From contig JAYGDX010000068.1 in the NCBI GenBank assembly GCA_046582655.1, positions 77,546 to 141,545 of the forward strand: DNA of 64,000 nucleotides, read 5' to 3'. Under the pieces are notes generated by a model. The model was not told the origin of the DNA. It made no database searches and worked only from the letters and a program-made list of their open reading frames with translations. Positions within the stretch are counted from its first letter, which is position 1. Each line of letters begins with the position of its first letter. A program made the translations under genes and the position numbers. The DNA comes from Candidatus Poribacteria bacterium. Its GTDB lineage: Bacteria > Poribacteria > WGA-4E > UBA9662. Below, in pieces: positions 36,687-46,529 of this stretch.

Positions 36687-38186
36687 ATGTTATTAACATC
36701 AATGATTTTTATCCCTTTAGTCGGCATGATTGTTGTCTTGCTTGTCCCGCGAGATCGCGAAGATGCGGCAAAGTGGATTGCATTTATGGTCACACTTATC
36801 CCGCTGTTTTTAGCTGTTTTACTTTATTTTCAGTATGATCCGACAAGTGCTGAGCTGCAGGAAAGAGTAGAAACTAGTTGGATCGAAGCATTTAACATTA
36901 AATACCACACCGGGGTTGATGGGCTGAGTGTAACGTTGATACTTCTAACCGCTTTGTTAGGACCAATCTGTGTCGGGGCATCATGGAAAATCGAGAAAGG
37001 AATTAAAGCGTATCTTGCTCTGTTCTTGTTGCTTGAAACCGGAATGATTGGATTTTTCTGTGCCTTGGATTTGTTCCTTTTCTATGTATTCTTTGAATTG
37101 ACTTTGCTTCCCATGTACTTTCTTATCGGAGTATGGGGAGGACCGAGGCGAGAATATGCGGCAATTAAGTTTTTCCTGTATACTCTTTTTGGTAGCATGT
37201 TGATGCTGGTAGCGATGATTGCCGTTTATATCAATAGTAGTGTTGATCCGGGATTAAGAACATTCGATATTCCAACTCTAATTAATTTGGCAAAAACTTC
37301 AGGGCACGCACTAGCGGATCCCACATTCCAAATTTGGGTATTTCTTGGGTTCTTCATTGGTTTTGCTGTTAAGGTGCCGATTTTTCCTTTCCATACTTGG
37401 CTCCCCGATGCGCACGTTGAGGCTCCTACGGCGATTAGCGTTGTTCTGGCAGCCATTCTGCTAAAGATGGGGACTTATGGACTAGTTCGAATTAACTTTG
37501 CTATGCTGCCTGCTGGCATGGACTTTTTCACCAATGGTTCAGGCCGTTGGGGGAACGCACTTGCTATCCTCGGTGTGATTAACATTATTTATGGTTCTTT
37601 GTGTGCGTTGGCACAAACTGATTTCAAGAAGCTAGTCGCCTATTCAAGTATTGGACACATGGGATTCGTAATTCTAGGTCTTGCTTCGCGTAACGAAGCA
37701 GGTGTGACAGGAGCAATGCTGCAGATGCTGAATCATGGTGTGATTAGCGCGATGTTGTTTCTTCTGGTTGGTGTTGTCTATGATCGGGCGCATCATCGTG
37801 ATATTAATGGTTTTGGTGGGTTGGGATCGAAGATGCCAATTTACACAGGCATTACAACATTGGCTTTCATGGCATCACTTGGTTTGCCTGGCCTTAGCGG
37901 ATTCGTGGGGGAAGCACTAACTCTCCTTGGGGCTTACAGCAAGTTTCAGTTACTTACAATTTTATCAACCATTGGAATTGTTGTTGGTGCCGCTTACTTC
38001 CTCTGGACTCTCCAGCGGGTTTTTCTAGGTGATTTAAATCCTAAATATGAAGCAATAGAAGAAATAAACAGACGTGAGATTGCGACACTCATTCCACTGG
38101 GAATCCTAACCATTGTACTCGGTATTTGGCCGCATTTTGCGATTGAAATGTTCCGCAACTCGGTAGCAGGATTACCATTACAATAA
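36687..38186 (+). CDS. nuoM: NADH-quinone oxidoreductase subunit M
   Basis: KVPIFPFHTWLPDAHVEAPT, LLKMGTYG, GLPGLSGFVGE. Confidence 0.97.
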   Translation: MLLTSMIFIPLVGMIVVLLVPRDREDAAKWIAFMVTLIPLFLAVLLYFQYDPTSAELQERVETSWIEAFNIKYHTGVDGLSVTLILLTALLGPICVGASWKIEKGIKAYLALFLLLETGMIGFFCALDLFLFYVFFELTLLPMYFLIGVWGGPRREYAAIKFFLYTLFGSMLMLVAMIAVYINSSVDPGLRTFDIPTLINLAKTSGHALADPTFQIWVFLGFFIGFAVKVPIFPFHTWLPDAHVEAPTAISVVLAAILLKMGTYGLVRINFAMLPAGMDFFTNGSGRWGNALAILGVINIIYGSLCALAQTDFKKLVAYSSIGHMGFVILGLASRNEAGVTGAMLQMLNHGVISAMLFLLVGVVYDRAHHRDINGFGGLGSKMPIYTGITTLAFMASLGLPGLSGFVGEALTLLGAYSKFQLLTILSTIGIVVGAAYFLWTLQRVFLGDLNPKYEAIEEINRREIATLIPLGILTIVLGIWPHFAIEMFRNSVAGLPLQ

Positions 38187-38198
38187 GGGAGATCATTT

Positions 38199-39641
38199 TT
38201 GGGGAATCTAGAAAGCATCCGTTATTTTATTCCTGAATTGGTTCTCGTTGTTTTTGCCATACTTGTGATTTTGTTTGACTTGGTGTCACGAGGTCAAACT
38301 GGTAAGGGGATTGCCTATCTTAGCCTTGCTGGTCTCTTGGTTGCAACAATTGCAGTGTTTATCGTTGGCACTGTGAATCAATCACTCTTCCTAGGCATGA
38401 TCCGTATTGATGGGTTTGCAACGTTTTTCAAGATCATCGTTCTAATAGCGACAGCTGTAACTATTATCTTCTCGATGGTTTCCAACGAACTGGATCCAAA
38501 AGCTCAAGGGGAATATTACGCACTTTTAATTGCCATTAATCTGGGTATGTTCCTGATGGCCTCATCGACAAATATCCTGATGGCCTACCTTTCATTGGAA
38601 ACTGTCAGTTTGACATCTTATATTCTTGCTGGATTCCTAACACGAAATCCTAGATCAAGCGAAGCGGCATTCAAATATATCATCTATGGGGCAATAGCAT
38701 CGGGGACAATGCTTTTCGGCTTATCCCTCATTTTCGGTATGACTGGAACGACCAGTATGTTACAGATTGGGCAACAACTTCCCGAGATCGCCTCAGCGTA
38801 TCCGACGGCAGTTTTAATCTCTATCATCTTCATTTTAGCTGGTGTCGGTTACAAGATTGCATCCGTTCCATTCCATATGTGGGCGCCGGATGTTTATGAA
38901 GGGGCCCCAATTCCAATCACTGCATTTTTGTCCGTAGCCTCGAAAGCTGCCGGATTTGCCCTGTTTATTCGTCTCTTCTATTTTAGTTTTAGAGGAACCA
39001 ATCTCAACTGGACACTACTGTTATCAATTGTTTCTGCCTTGACAATGACGTTTGGGAATTTGGCCGCCTTGCCACAACAAAATGTCAAACGCCTACTCGC
39101 CTATTCGAGTATTGCCCATGGAGGCTACTTATTGATGGGAGTAGTGTTGTTGTCTGGTGACGGTATTAAAGCGATCCTCTTCTATTTGACAATCTACATG
39201 TTTATGAACTTGGGAGCCTTTTTTGTTGTAATTCTCGTTGCCAAGGAAGTAGGCAGCGAAGATATCGACGGTTATAAAGGTTTGATTTCACGCGCGCCAT
39301 TCGTTGCAGTTGCAATGGTGATATTCCTATTCTCGCTGACAGGCATGCCTCCACTAGCAGGATTTGCGGGGAAATGGGTGCTTTTTGCAGCAGTGTTAGA
39401 AAAAAAGCTTTATTGGCTGGCGATTATAGGCGTGCTTAATAGCGTGGTTTCACTGTACTACTATATCCGAATTGTAAAAGCAATGTTATTTGAAACCTCT
39501 GAAGATGCCGAAGTACTTTCTTTCTCAAGGGGTGATATGGCACTGCTAATGGCCTTTATCGTGCCGACCATTCTGCTTGGTGTTTATTGGAAACCTTATG
39601 ATTTCCTGAAAGATCTTCCTCTTGATAAGTTTATTGGCTAA
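38199..39641 (+). CDS. nuoN: NADH-quinone oxidoreductase subunit N
   Basis: SSEAAFKY, PFHMWAPDVYEGAP, KRLLAYSSIAH, GMPPLAGF. Confidence 0.96.
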   Translation: MGNLESIRYFIPELVLVVFAILVILFDLVSRGQTGKGIAYLSLAGLLVATIAVFIVGTVNQSLFLGMIRIDGFATFFKIIVLIATAVTIIFSMVSNELDPKAQGEYYALLIAINLGMFLMASSTNILMAYLSLETVSLTSYILAGFLTRNPRSSEAAFKYIIYGAIASGTMLFGLSLIFGMTGTTSMLQIGQQLPEIASAYPTAVLISIIFILAGVGYKIASVPFHMWAPDVYEGAPIPITAFLSVASKAAGFALFIRLFYFSFRGTNLNWTLLLSIVSALTMTFGNLAALPQQNVKRLLAYSSIAHGGYLLMGVVLLSGDGIKAILFYLTIYMFMNLGAFFVVILVAKEVGSEDIDGYKGLISRAPFVAVAMVIFLFSLTGMPPLAGFAGKWVLFAAVLEKKLYWLAIIGVLNSVVSLYYYIRIVKAMLFETSEDAEVLSFSRGDMALLMAFIVPTILLGVYWKPYDFLKDLPLDKFIG

Positions 39642-39724
39642 ATGTTTTTTGCTTGGCAGGGTTCAACTCATCGGATTTTGGTCGATGGGTTTTTTCGCTT
39701 TTGTGTCAGAGGGTTTCTAGCTAG

Positions 39725-40096
39725 CTAACCGAGAAATATTTCTTCACTACCTGGTAATATGTGGCTCTGTTTTGTCAGGGTGTTACCGATCTGAAAAAAT
39801 TTGATGAGATGATTCTTGTTTAGTAACTTTGTTGCTCTAGCGATATCTTTCTGACTGCCATGCTCCAACCCTAGGTTAATCATTTCGATGCCGGTTCTAA
39901 CGTGATGTTTTATCTCGAAGTTTGAACTGAAATCGTCGGCTTTAATGGTTACAAGTTTGTGGGAGATTTCGGCAACTTCCTGCTTCATCTCTTCAACACG
40001 TTCAAGTGATATTTCATCCGTATCGACCCCATGCGATATCACTTTTGCCAAAAAAAGCTGGCTCTCACACTCGGTAATGTTATTTACGTTACTCAT
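39725..40096 (-). CDS. Hypothetical protein resembling the C-terminal part of DUF6178-type proteins
   Basis: INLGLE...DIARATKLL...LIKFFQIG pattern; ATG at 40096 overlaps the upstream stop (ATGAGTAA). Confidence 0.5.
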   Translation of the reverse strand: MSNVNNITECESQLFLAKVISHGVDTDEISLERVEEMKQEVAEISHKLVTIKADDFSSNFEIKHHVRTGIEMINLGLEHGSQKDIARATKLLNKNHLIKFFQIGNTLTKQSHILPGSEEIFLG

Positions 40097-40877
40097 CCTC
40101 GTCATCCTTAAGATTGATTTTCTTGAGATCGACAGTTTGGAGAATCTGCTCCTCGGTAACGTGGACGCCCATCTGGCGATCCTTCTCTTCGACGCGTTGA
40201 TCCCGTTTTTCTTTTGCTCTTTCAAGCGAGGCTGAGAACTCTGACGCTATATCTTCTTGATCAAGTCCGAAGACTTCGTACAGCAATCGAGTAAAAAGAT
40301 TCTCGTCTGCGGCCCAAATCGCGTCTAGGATGTGCTTTGATCTCTCATCCTTGAACTGAATTTCCTTCGATGATGGATCGATGGTTCCCGATTCAATCAT
40401 CAAGGCCAAAAATTCAGAATTAATCTCGAAGCGGCCACGCAACATGGCAGCCAATATGCTAATGTCAATTCGATATAAAAACTGAGACAGATCCTCACAA
40501 TCGCATAGAGAAAGCTCAAACAACCAAATATCTAGACTTCTCTCATCTAGTTTGCCGTCCTTCCAAACCGCAATATCTATCATTTCTTCGAATTGGTCAG
40601 ATGACAAACACGGGATCAGTATTGAGGCGTATCCCGTACCAAGTGATGTACTTATAATTTGCAGCATATCCTCAGTTGAACTGAGTTGAATTAATTCCGT
40701 ACAATCTGGCACGAAATAAAAAAGCTCTTCGCGTTTTCGCGGATCGCGTGTGGAAGATATAATTTCCAGTTGCTTGTGGGTAGGATATCCCTGAAAAACG
40801 AGCTCAGCTTCTTCAATTGGCATTGAGAGAAGTTTATCACTTTCAATTTGTGGTTCAGAGACTGTAAGGCTATTCAA
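40089..40877 (-). CDS. Hypothetical protein resembling the N-terminal part of DUF6178-type proteins
   Basis: S.DQF..MIDIAVWKDGKLD...WL pattern; acidic helical protein. Confidence 0.55.
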   Translation of the reverse strand: MNSLTVSEPQIESDKLLSMPIEEAELVFQGYPTHKQLEIISSTRDPRKREELFYFVPDCTELIQLSSTEDMLQIISTSLGTGYASILIPCLSSDQFEEMIDIAVWKDGKLDERSLDIWLFELSLCDCEDLSQFLYRIDISILAAMLRGRFEINSEFLALMIESGTIDPSSKEIQFKDERSKHILDAIWAADENLFTRLLYEVFGLDQEDIASEFSASLERAKEKRDQRVEEKDRQMGVHVTEEQILQTVDLKKINLKDDEDE

Positions 40878-41030
40878 CGATGGTCACGCTTCCAGTGGAA
40901 ATGGTAAGATGAAACCATGGAGAATTATAACACCTTAAATTGAAGGTGTCAAACTCCAAAGCACGTTGAAATGAGGGGGTGTGTATTGTAGAATATTGCA
41001 CTATCGCAGTTGCAACAGGAACCATAAAAC

Positions 41031-42206
41031 TTGAAAATTCTGACCAAATATGCGATTAAAGAATTTGCCCCGCCTTTCCTAACTTCCCTGTTGTGTTTAA
41101 CTTCAATCCTGTTGCTTGAGGAAATTTTTCGACTCACTAGATTATTCGTTAAGAAAGGGATTAGTCCGCTCTACTTGTTTGAACTATTGATCTATGTGCT
41201 GCCAGCAACGATTGTCGTTACTATACCGATGTCGACGCTGATTGGTATCCTGATTGCACTCGGACGGCTTTCAACAGACAATGAAATTACCGCTATGCGT
41301 GCCCATGGAGTAAGTTTCCAACAGCTTCTTGCCCCCATGTTGGTTACCTCCGTCTTCTTGAGCATTACTGATCTTATCTTTATGGACTATGCACTTCCTC
41401 ACGGGAATGCAGCATATTCTTCGCTTAAACGTGATATCAGTCGAAAGAATCCCACATTTGTTCTGGAAGAAGGTGTGGTTATGAAAGAAATGGAGGGTAA
41501 AGGAAAGATCTGGATGTTCGAAAGGATCCATCCTGAGACTGGCCGCTTACTGGACGTCAAACTTTGGGATGCTATTTGGTCTGGTCAACCGCGTTTCGTC
41601 CAATCCAAGCAGGCTGTTTTGTTATTTGAGAAGACGCATGCTTGGCTCAATCTTTATGACGGTCGAACTTACGAGATAGTACCTGGTAAGCCGGAGGCTT
41701 ATCGCGTAACATCCTTTGAAGAGAATCGGATATTATTAGATGTGGTTGAGGATATCAAACGATCAGAATTTGAATCGCAGAGCCCAAGAAGCATGTCAAT
41801 TGCCAAGTTACGAAAGCGCATTCACGAGCTGAGAAAACAGGTTAAGCAAAACGATGAAAAATCTTATCAAGCCATTCAACTGCGTTATGCTCAAGTTGAA
41901 TACCACAAGAAGTTTTCTATTCCCTTTGCTTGCCTGTTTTTTGCTCTGATTGGTGTCCCACTTGGATTGATGGTCAAAAAGAGTGGACGGATGGTCGGCC
42001 TTGGTATTGGACTGACACTTATTGTTGTTTATTACTTGTTGCTACAACTGGGTCAAAGTTTAGGGGTAAACGGCAAAATGACAGCTTGGGTTGCCATGTG
42101 GACACCTAATATTTTTACTGGCTTTATTGGGCTCATGTTTTTGATTCGATCGATCATTGAAGATAAAGTCAACAAAATTCAAACCCTTTCTGGAGAGGTG
42201 GATTGA
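41031..42206 (+). CDS. lptF: LPS export ABC transporter permease LptF
   Basis: LGRLSTDNEITAMRAHGVS; EYHKKFSIPFACL; AMWTPN. Confidence 0.85.
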   Translation: MKILTKYAIKEFAPPFLTSLLCLTSILLLEEIFRLTRLFVKKGISPLYLFELLIYVLPATIVVTIPMSTLIGILIALGRLSTDNEITAMRAHGVSFQQLLAPMLVTSVFLSITDLIFMDYALPHGNAAYSSLKRDISRKNPTFVLEEGVVMKEMEGKGKIWMFERIHPETGRLLDVKLWDAIWSGQPRFVQSKQAVLLFEKTHAWLNLYDGRTYEIVPGKPEAYRVTSFEENRILLDVVEDIKRSEFESQSPRSMSIAKLRKRIHELRKQVKQNDEKSYQAIQLRYAQVEYHKKFSIPFACLFFALIGVPLGLMVKKSGRMVGLGIGLTLIVVYYLLLQLGQSLGVNGKMTAWVAMWTPNIFTGFIGLMFLIRSIIEDKVNKIQTLSGEVD

Positions 42207-43264
42207 GGATACTAGACTACTATATTCTAAAAGAATATCTGCGTGCTTTTCTATTAGGGCTTGTATTCTTAACCGCATTGGTGGTTGTGGTTCGTTTGCT
42301 AGACAAGGATATCAAAAAGTTCGAAGATGATCTGTCATATTGGTCAGTTGTCAAGATTGTTTTCTACCGAATGCCAAGACGAATTGCGGAGATTATGCCG
42401 GTTGCCGGTTTTTTAGCAGTCTTCTTTGTTCTGGGACGCATGGTAGGTGATAATCAGATCTTGGCAATGAAATCCGCCGGAATAAATGTATCTCGCATCG
42501 TTATACCAATTATAGTATCAACTTTGATTATTTGTTTTGTTTTCGCAGTTTTTTACAATAAGGTTGCTTCGCCAGCTTACCATCTGGCATATCAACTAGA
42601 AAGGAAAATCCCACTTCGTCTAAACCGCAATATTATCTTCAAAGGCATAGATGGAAATCTATTTTATATGTTTAACCTTAATCTTGAGGATGAAGTCATC
42701 GATCGAATGACTATTTATGAATTTGACGATGATAGGGATCTAAAGAAGGAGACTTTTGCTAGCACGGTGAGTTGGACTCCAGGAAAATGGAATTTAGCTG
42801 AAGGATTTATTCGTCAGTTTGACAATGGCATGGAAATATCATTTAGTCGGTTTGAATCTAAACAGATTGATAGATTTGAAAACCCATCGCAGTTTGCCAG
42901 GAGTCTTAAGGACCTACGCGGAATGACGATCAAGGAGCTTAGTCAACAGATAGCTTACAAGAAAAGTGCCCGCCAAGCGACTCGACGTGAAGAGGTACGG
43001 TTGCATCATAAGATGGCATATCCGTTTGCCGGATTTGTTGTCGTGTTGATAGCTGCACCGATAGCTATCCGCTTTGGTCGGGTTGGGTTTTTTGCTGGAT
43101 TGGTAATTGCGTTTTTCCTCAATTTTATCTATTGGGGAATTTCCTTCGCCACGTTTGAGGGGCTTAGTGAAGGTGGGAAACTCCATCCGATTATTGCTTG
43201 TTGGGGTGCAAATGTGATCTACGGAGTTATCGGTATTGTCTTATTGTGGAGAGCCCCTAAATGA
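42203..43264 (+). CDS. lptG: LPS export ABC transporter permease LptG
   Basis: MRILDYYI, DNQILAMKSAGI, HKMAYPF, PIIACWGAN; tandem with lptF. Confidence 0.85.
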   Translation: MRILDYYILKEYLRAFLLGLVFLTALVVVVRLLDKDIKKFEDDLSYWSVVKIVFYRMPRRIAEIMPVAGFLAVFFVLGRMVGDNQILAMKSAGINVSRIVIPIIVSTLIICFVFAVFYNKVASPAYHLAYQLERKIPLRLNRNIIFKGIDGNLFYMFNLNLEDEVIDRMTIYEFDDDRDLKKETFASTVSWTPGKWNLAEGFIRQFDNGMEISFSRFESKQIDRFENPSQFARSLKDLRGMTIKELSQQIAYKKSARQATRREEVRLHHKMAYPFAGFVVVLIAAPIAIRFGRVGFFAGLVIAFFLNFIYWGISFATFEGLSEGGKLHPIIACWGANVIYGVIGIVLLWRAPK

Positions 43265-43280
43265 TAGGGAAGTTAGGCTA

Positions 43281-43859
43281 ATGATAAAAAAGATAGGAAC
43301 CGCCTTTTTTGAGTTAAGGAGTTATACTCCAATTCCACTCATCCTGCTAGCGGTCTACTTTGCACAACTGTCTTGGATTTTGACAATAGTTGGTGTTTTA
43401 GTATTGTTGATTGGTGAGTTGATGCGAATTTGGGCGGTGGGCTACGCTGGTGGTCGAACTCGTACGCGATCCATGAGTGATAGTTGTGTTCTTGTTACGT
43501 CCGGACCATACGCATACAGCCGAAATCCGCTTTACCTGGGAAATTTCCTGATCAGTCTCGGCGTTTGCGTCATAGCAAACGTTTGGTGGCTGACGATCGT
43601 GGTCCCCGTTGCTTTTTTTCTTCAGTACTTGCCCATTATTTTGTCCGAGGAGAACCATTTACGCCAACAGTGCGGTGAGGTATATGAAGATTATCTTAAA
43701 GTTGTCCCTCGGCTTGGTTTCCGATTTCAGGCCTATGGGAATCGATCGAATCACTACTTTTCGCTCTCGCGTGCCCTCCGGAGTGAGCGTCGCACATTCG
43801 TGGCCATATTGTTAGTCATTGTCTTAATCAGTGGGTTTTCTCAATTGAAAATTGCATAG
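43281..43859 (+). CDS. Isoprenylcysteine carboxyl methyltransferase (ICMT/PEMT) family membrane methyltransferase
   Basis: LVTSGPYAYSRNPLYLGN, EENHL...YEDY...VPR. Confidence 0.85.
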   Translation: MIKKIGTAFFELRSYTPIPLILLAVYFAQLSWILTIVGVLVLLIGELMRIWAVGYAGGRTRTRSMSDSCVLVTSGPYAYSRNPLYLGNFLISLGVCVIANVWWLTIVVPVAFFLQYLPIILSEENHLRQQCGEVYEDYLKVVPRLGFRFQAYGNRSNHYFSLSRALRSERRTFVAILLVIVLISGFSQLKIA

Positions 43860-43956
43860 ATCTGTGCTAAACTGGCAAAATTGTTAGGTAATTTGATGGT
43901 TTATGTGCTTAGACGATGTCAGAAGTCAAACGGAAGATTGGGAGAGGAAGAACACA

Positions 43957-44715
43957 ATGCGGTCTTTAGAAATTTTTTGCTTAGTTGGCTTGATCTGTGT
44001 TTTTGTCGGATGTGGTGCTAAACCAGAAATTGACATCTACATAGAGCCAGTTGCAGGTCGGGAAGGAATAGAAATAAACCAGAAATTAGGTAGCGTGGCT
44101 ATTGAACAAAATGGCGTTGCTATCATGATTGAACCACTTGATGAAGTTGAAGTTTATGAGTTGGTGGCTGAGGATGAGATTAACCCTTACCTGAGGATTG
44201 GGCGCTGGGGGCGGGTTGATCCATTATACACTGTGTTTGAGATTCGCGTTAAGAACTTAGATCATCCAAGAGTTGCTATCGATAACATGGCTATCTTGAT
44301 CGACGAAGATGGTACGCAATATGGATCATTGCCTTATGATTATTTTAAGGATTTATACAAAAATGCCAGAACAACAAACGTTTACCGATATGCTTATCCC
44401 TACCGGTATCAGTATGGGCGTTTTAACAACCCGTATTACGATCCGTACTATGATAATCGAATGTACCGAACTACGAGTGGGGGTAGCCAGGAAGTACAGA
44501 GCGCCCAAATGGTTGCCAGAGAGACAGTTTTTGATGGTGGGAAGATATTTCGAAATGGACAAAGATCCGGGTTGCTGGTTTTTGATCTGCTTGACCGAGA
44601 TGCCAAGGATCTTAAGTTGATTGTGCCAGAGGTGATGATCTTTGATCAAGATCGGTTGAAAACCAAAATAGACTTTGCATTCGACTTCCGACAGATTATA
44701 GGAGAAAGGAAATAA
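43957..44715 (+). CDS. Hypothetical lipoprotein
   Basis: ATG 43957 behind a GAGG RBS; lipobox FVG-C; Tyr-rich internal segment. Confidence 0.7.
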   Translation: MRSLEIFCLVGLICVFVGCGAKPEIDIYIEPVAGREGIEINQKLGSVAIEQNGVAIMIEPLDEVEVYELVAEDEINPYLRIGRWGRVDPLYTVFEIRVKNLDHPRVAIDNMAILIDEDGTQYGSLPYDYFKDLYKNARTTNVYRYAYPYRYQYGRFNNPYYDPYYDNRMYRTTSGGSQEVQSAQMVARETVFDGGKIFRNGQRSGLLVFDLLDRDAKDLKLIVPEVMIFDQDRLKTKIDFAFDFRQIIGERK

Positions 44716-44797
44716 TCTTCGAGAAATAGTTGTTTAACATGTCGGTATATGTGAGATAATTGGAATCTAATTTAGACCGGGGGATCACCAAAAATCG

Positions 44798-46438
44798 ATG
44801 TATGGCAATAGAAAAATATTAGCAGGAGTCTTGATCCTTGTTTTTGCGTTAGTTTCGTGGGCAATACCTGTCTGGTCAAATGGAAACGAGGATAATGTAG
44901 AGGCAGCCCCCTCGTTTCTCGCTAGAGTTAATAGTAAGATTTTTAAGGTGCTGTTTTTCGACGTTACACGTGGCTTTGTGCAGATCGATGAAGTGGATCG
45001 GGATGAGAATCCTGTTTTAGATGACTCCGGAACAGCAAAGAAGAAGACCGTCCAAGTTCCGTTTATTGTGCTAGTACTGATTTTGGGGGCTATCTTTTTT
45101 ACCTTCTGGTATCGATGGATTAATATCCGCGGCTTTGAACACGCCATTGACGTTATTCGAGGGAAACATGATAAACCGGAAGACACCGGGGAAATCTCTC
45201 ATTTCCGTGCTTTAACAAGTGCACTTTCCGCTACAGTTGGTTTAGGCAATATTGCTGGTGTAGCTGTTGCCATTCAACTGGGAGGTCCTGGTGCCGTTTT
45301 TTGGATGCTGATTGCCGCGGTGTTTGGCATGAGCGCGAAATTCAGTAGTTGTACCTTGTCTCAAATGTACCGAAAGATTAATGCTGATGGAACAATCTCA
45401 GGAGGGCCAATGTATTACCTCGACATTGGTTTGAGTGGCAGTAGATATAAAGTTTTAAAAGTTTTAGGCAAAGCACTAGCGGTTATGTACGCACTAATGA
45501 TTATGGGTGGAGCTATTGGTGGAGGAAACATGTTTCAGGCCAATCAAACGGCCGAGGCATTTGCAAGCACTTTTGGCATTTCTGACATTGGGACTTGGAA
45601 CTGGGTAATTGGAATTATACTGGCAATTGGAGTTGGAGTCGTAATCATCGGAGGAATAAAACGTATTGGAGCAGCTACTTCCAAGATCGTTCCTTTTATG
45701 TGTGGTATTTATGTTTTAGCTTCACTCTTTATTATCCTGACCCATATTAGTCAGATTCCTGAAACAATTCGTCTGATTTTTACTATGGCTTTTACTAAGA
45801 ATGCTTACTATGGGGGGCTCTTCGGTGTGCTCGTTATGGGAGTGAGGCGTGCCGCCTTTTCCAACGAGGCTGGACTTGGTAGTGCCGCTATCGCTCATGC
45901 TGCAGCTAAGACAGAAGAACCTGTTCGGGAAGGTATCGTAGGTATGATTGGTCCTTTCATTGACACTATTATAGTCTGTTTCATGACTGCCATGGTGGTT
46001 ATCATCACAGGTACGTGGAACGATCCCAGCATCTCTCAGTCGGCTGGTGTTACCCTAACAACAGAAGCGTTTGGAAGTGTTATTGGCTGGTTTCCATATA
46101 TTCTGACGCTTTGTATAGGGCTCTTTGCCTATTCAACCATGATTTCTTGGTGTTACTACGGAGAAAGGGGATGGATCTACTTGCTAGATCATATTGGGGA
46201 AGAAGGGGTCGGTCTTAAAACAGTTGTCTTGTTTAGAATTATTTTCGTTATTTTTATTATTGTTGGGGCTGTCAATAAATTGAGTGATGTATTAGATTTT
46301 TCGGATGCTATGATCTTTAGCATGGCCTTTCCCAACATCGTGGGTAGTATCTTCCTTGCCCCAAAAGTTCTAGAAAAAGTCAGGGATTATTGGGGGCGTT
46401 ACCAGTCTGGAGAAATGAGTCCAGCGGAAAGTAATTGA
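44798..46438 (+). CDS. Alanine/glycine:cation symporter (AGCS family)
   Basis: ALSATVGLGNIAGVA, GGPGAVFWM, GGPMYY, FSNEAGLGSA, PFIDT. Confidence 0.93.
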   Translation: MYGNRKILAGVLILVFALVSWAIPVWSNGNEDNVEAAPSFLARVNSKIFKVLFFDVTRGFVQIDEVDRDENPVLDDSGTAKKKTVQVPFIVLVLILGAIFFTFWYRWINIRGFEHAIDVIRGKHDKPEDTGEISHFRALTSALSATVGLGNIAGVAVAIQLGGPGAVFWMLIAAVFGMSAKFSSCTLSQMYRKINADGTISGGPMYYLDIGLSGSRYKVLKVLGKALAVMYALMIMGGAIGGGNMFQANQTAEAFASTFGISDIGTWNWVIGIILAIGVGVVIIGGIKRIGAATSKIVPFMCGIYVLASLFIILTHISQIPETIRLIFTMAFTKNAYYGGLFGVLVMGVRRAAFSNEAGLGSAAIAHAAAKTEEPVREGIVGMIGPFIDTIIVCFMTAMVVIITGTWNDPSISQSAGVTLTTEAFGSVIGWFPYILTLCIGLFAYSTMISWCYYGERGWIYLLDHIGEEGVGLKTVVLFRIIFVIFIIVGAVNKLSDVLDFSDAMIFSMAFPNIVGSIFLAPKVLEKVRDYWGRYQSGEMSPAESN

Positions 46439-46529
46439 GTTCAACTTTTCAATTTGAAGAAACAGGGAGAGATAAAGATCTTAAATAATCAAAGGAAACT
46501 TAAATAAAAATTAAAGAGAGGTTTAGCTG

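Noticed and set aside
40097..40225. N-terminal 43 codons of ORF 39725-40225
   Set aside because: They overlap the upstream gene in another frame; the coupled start at 40096 is more plausible
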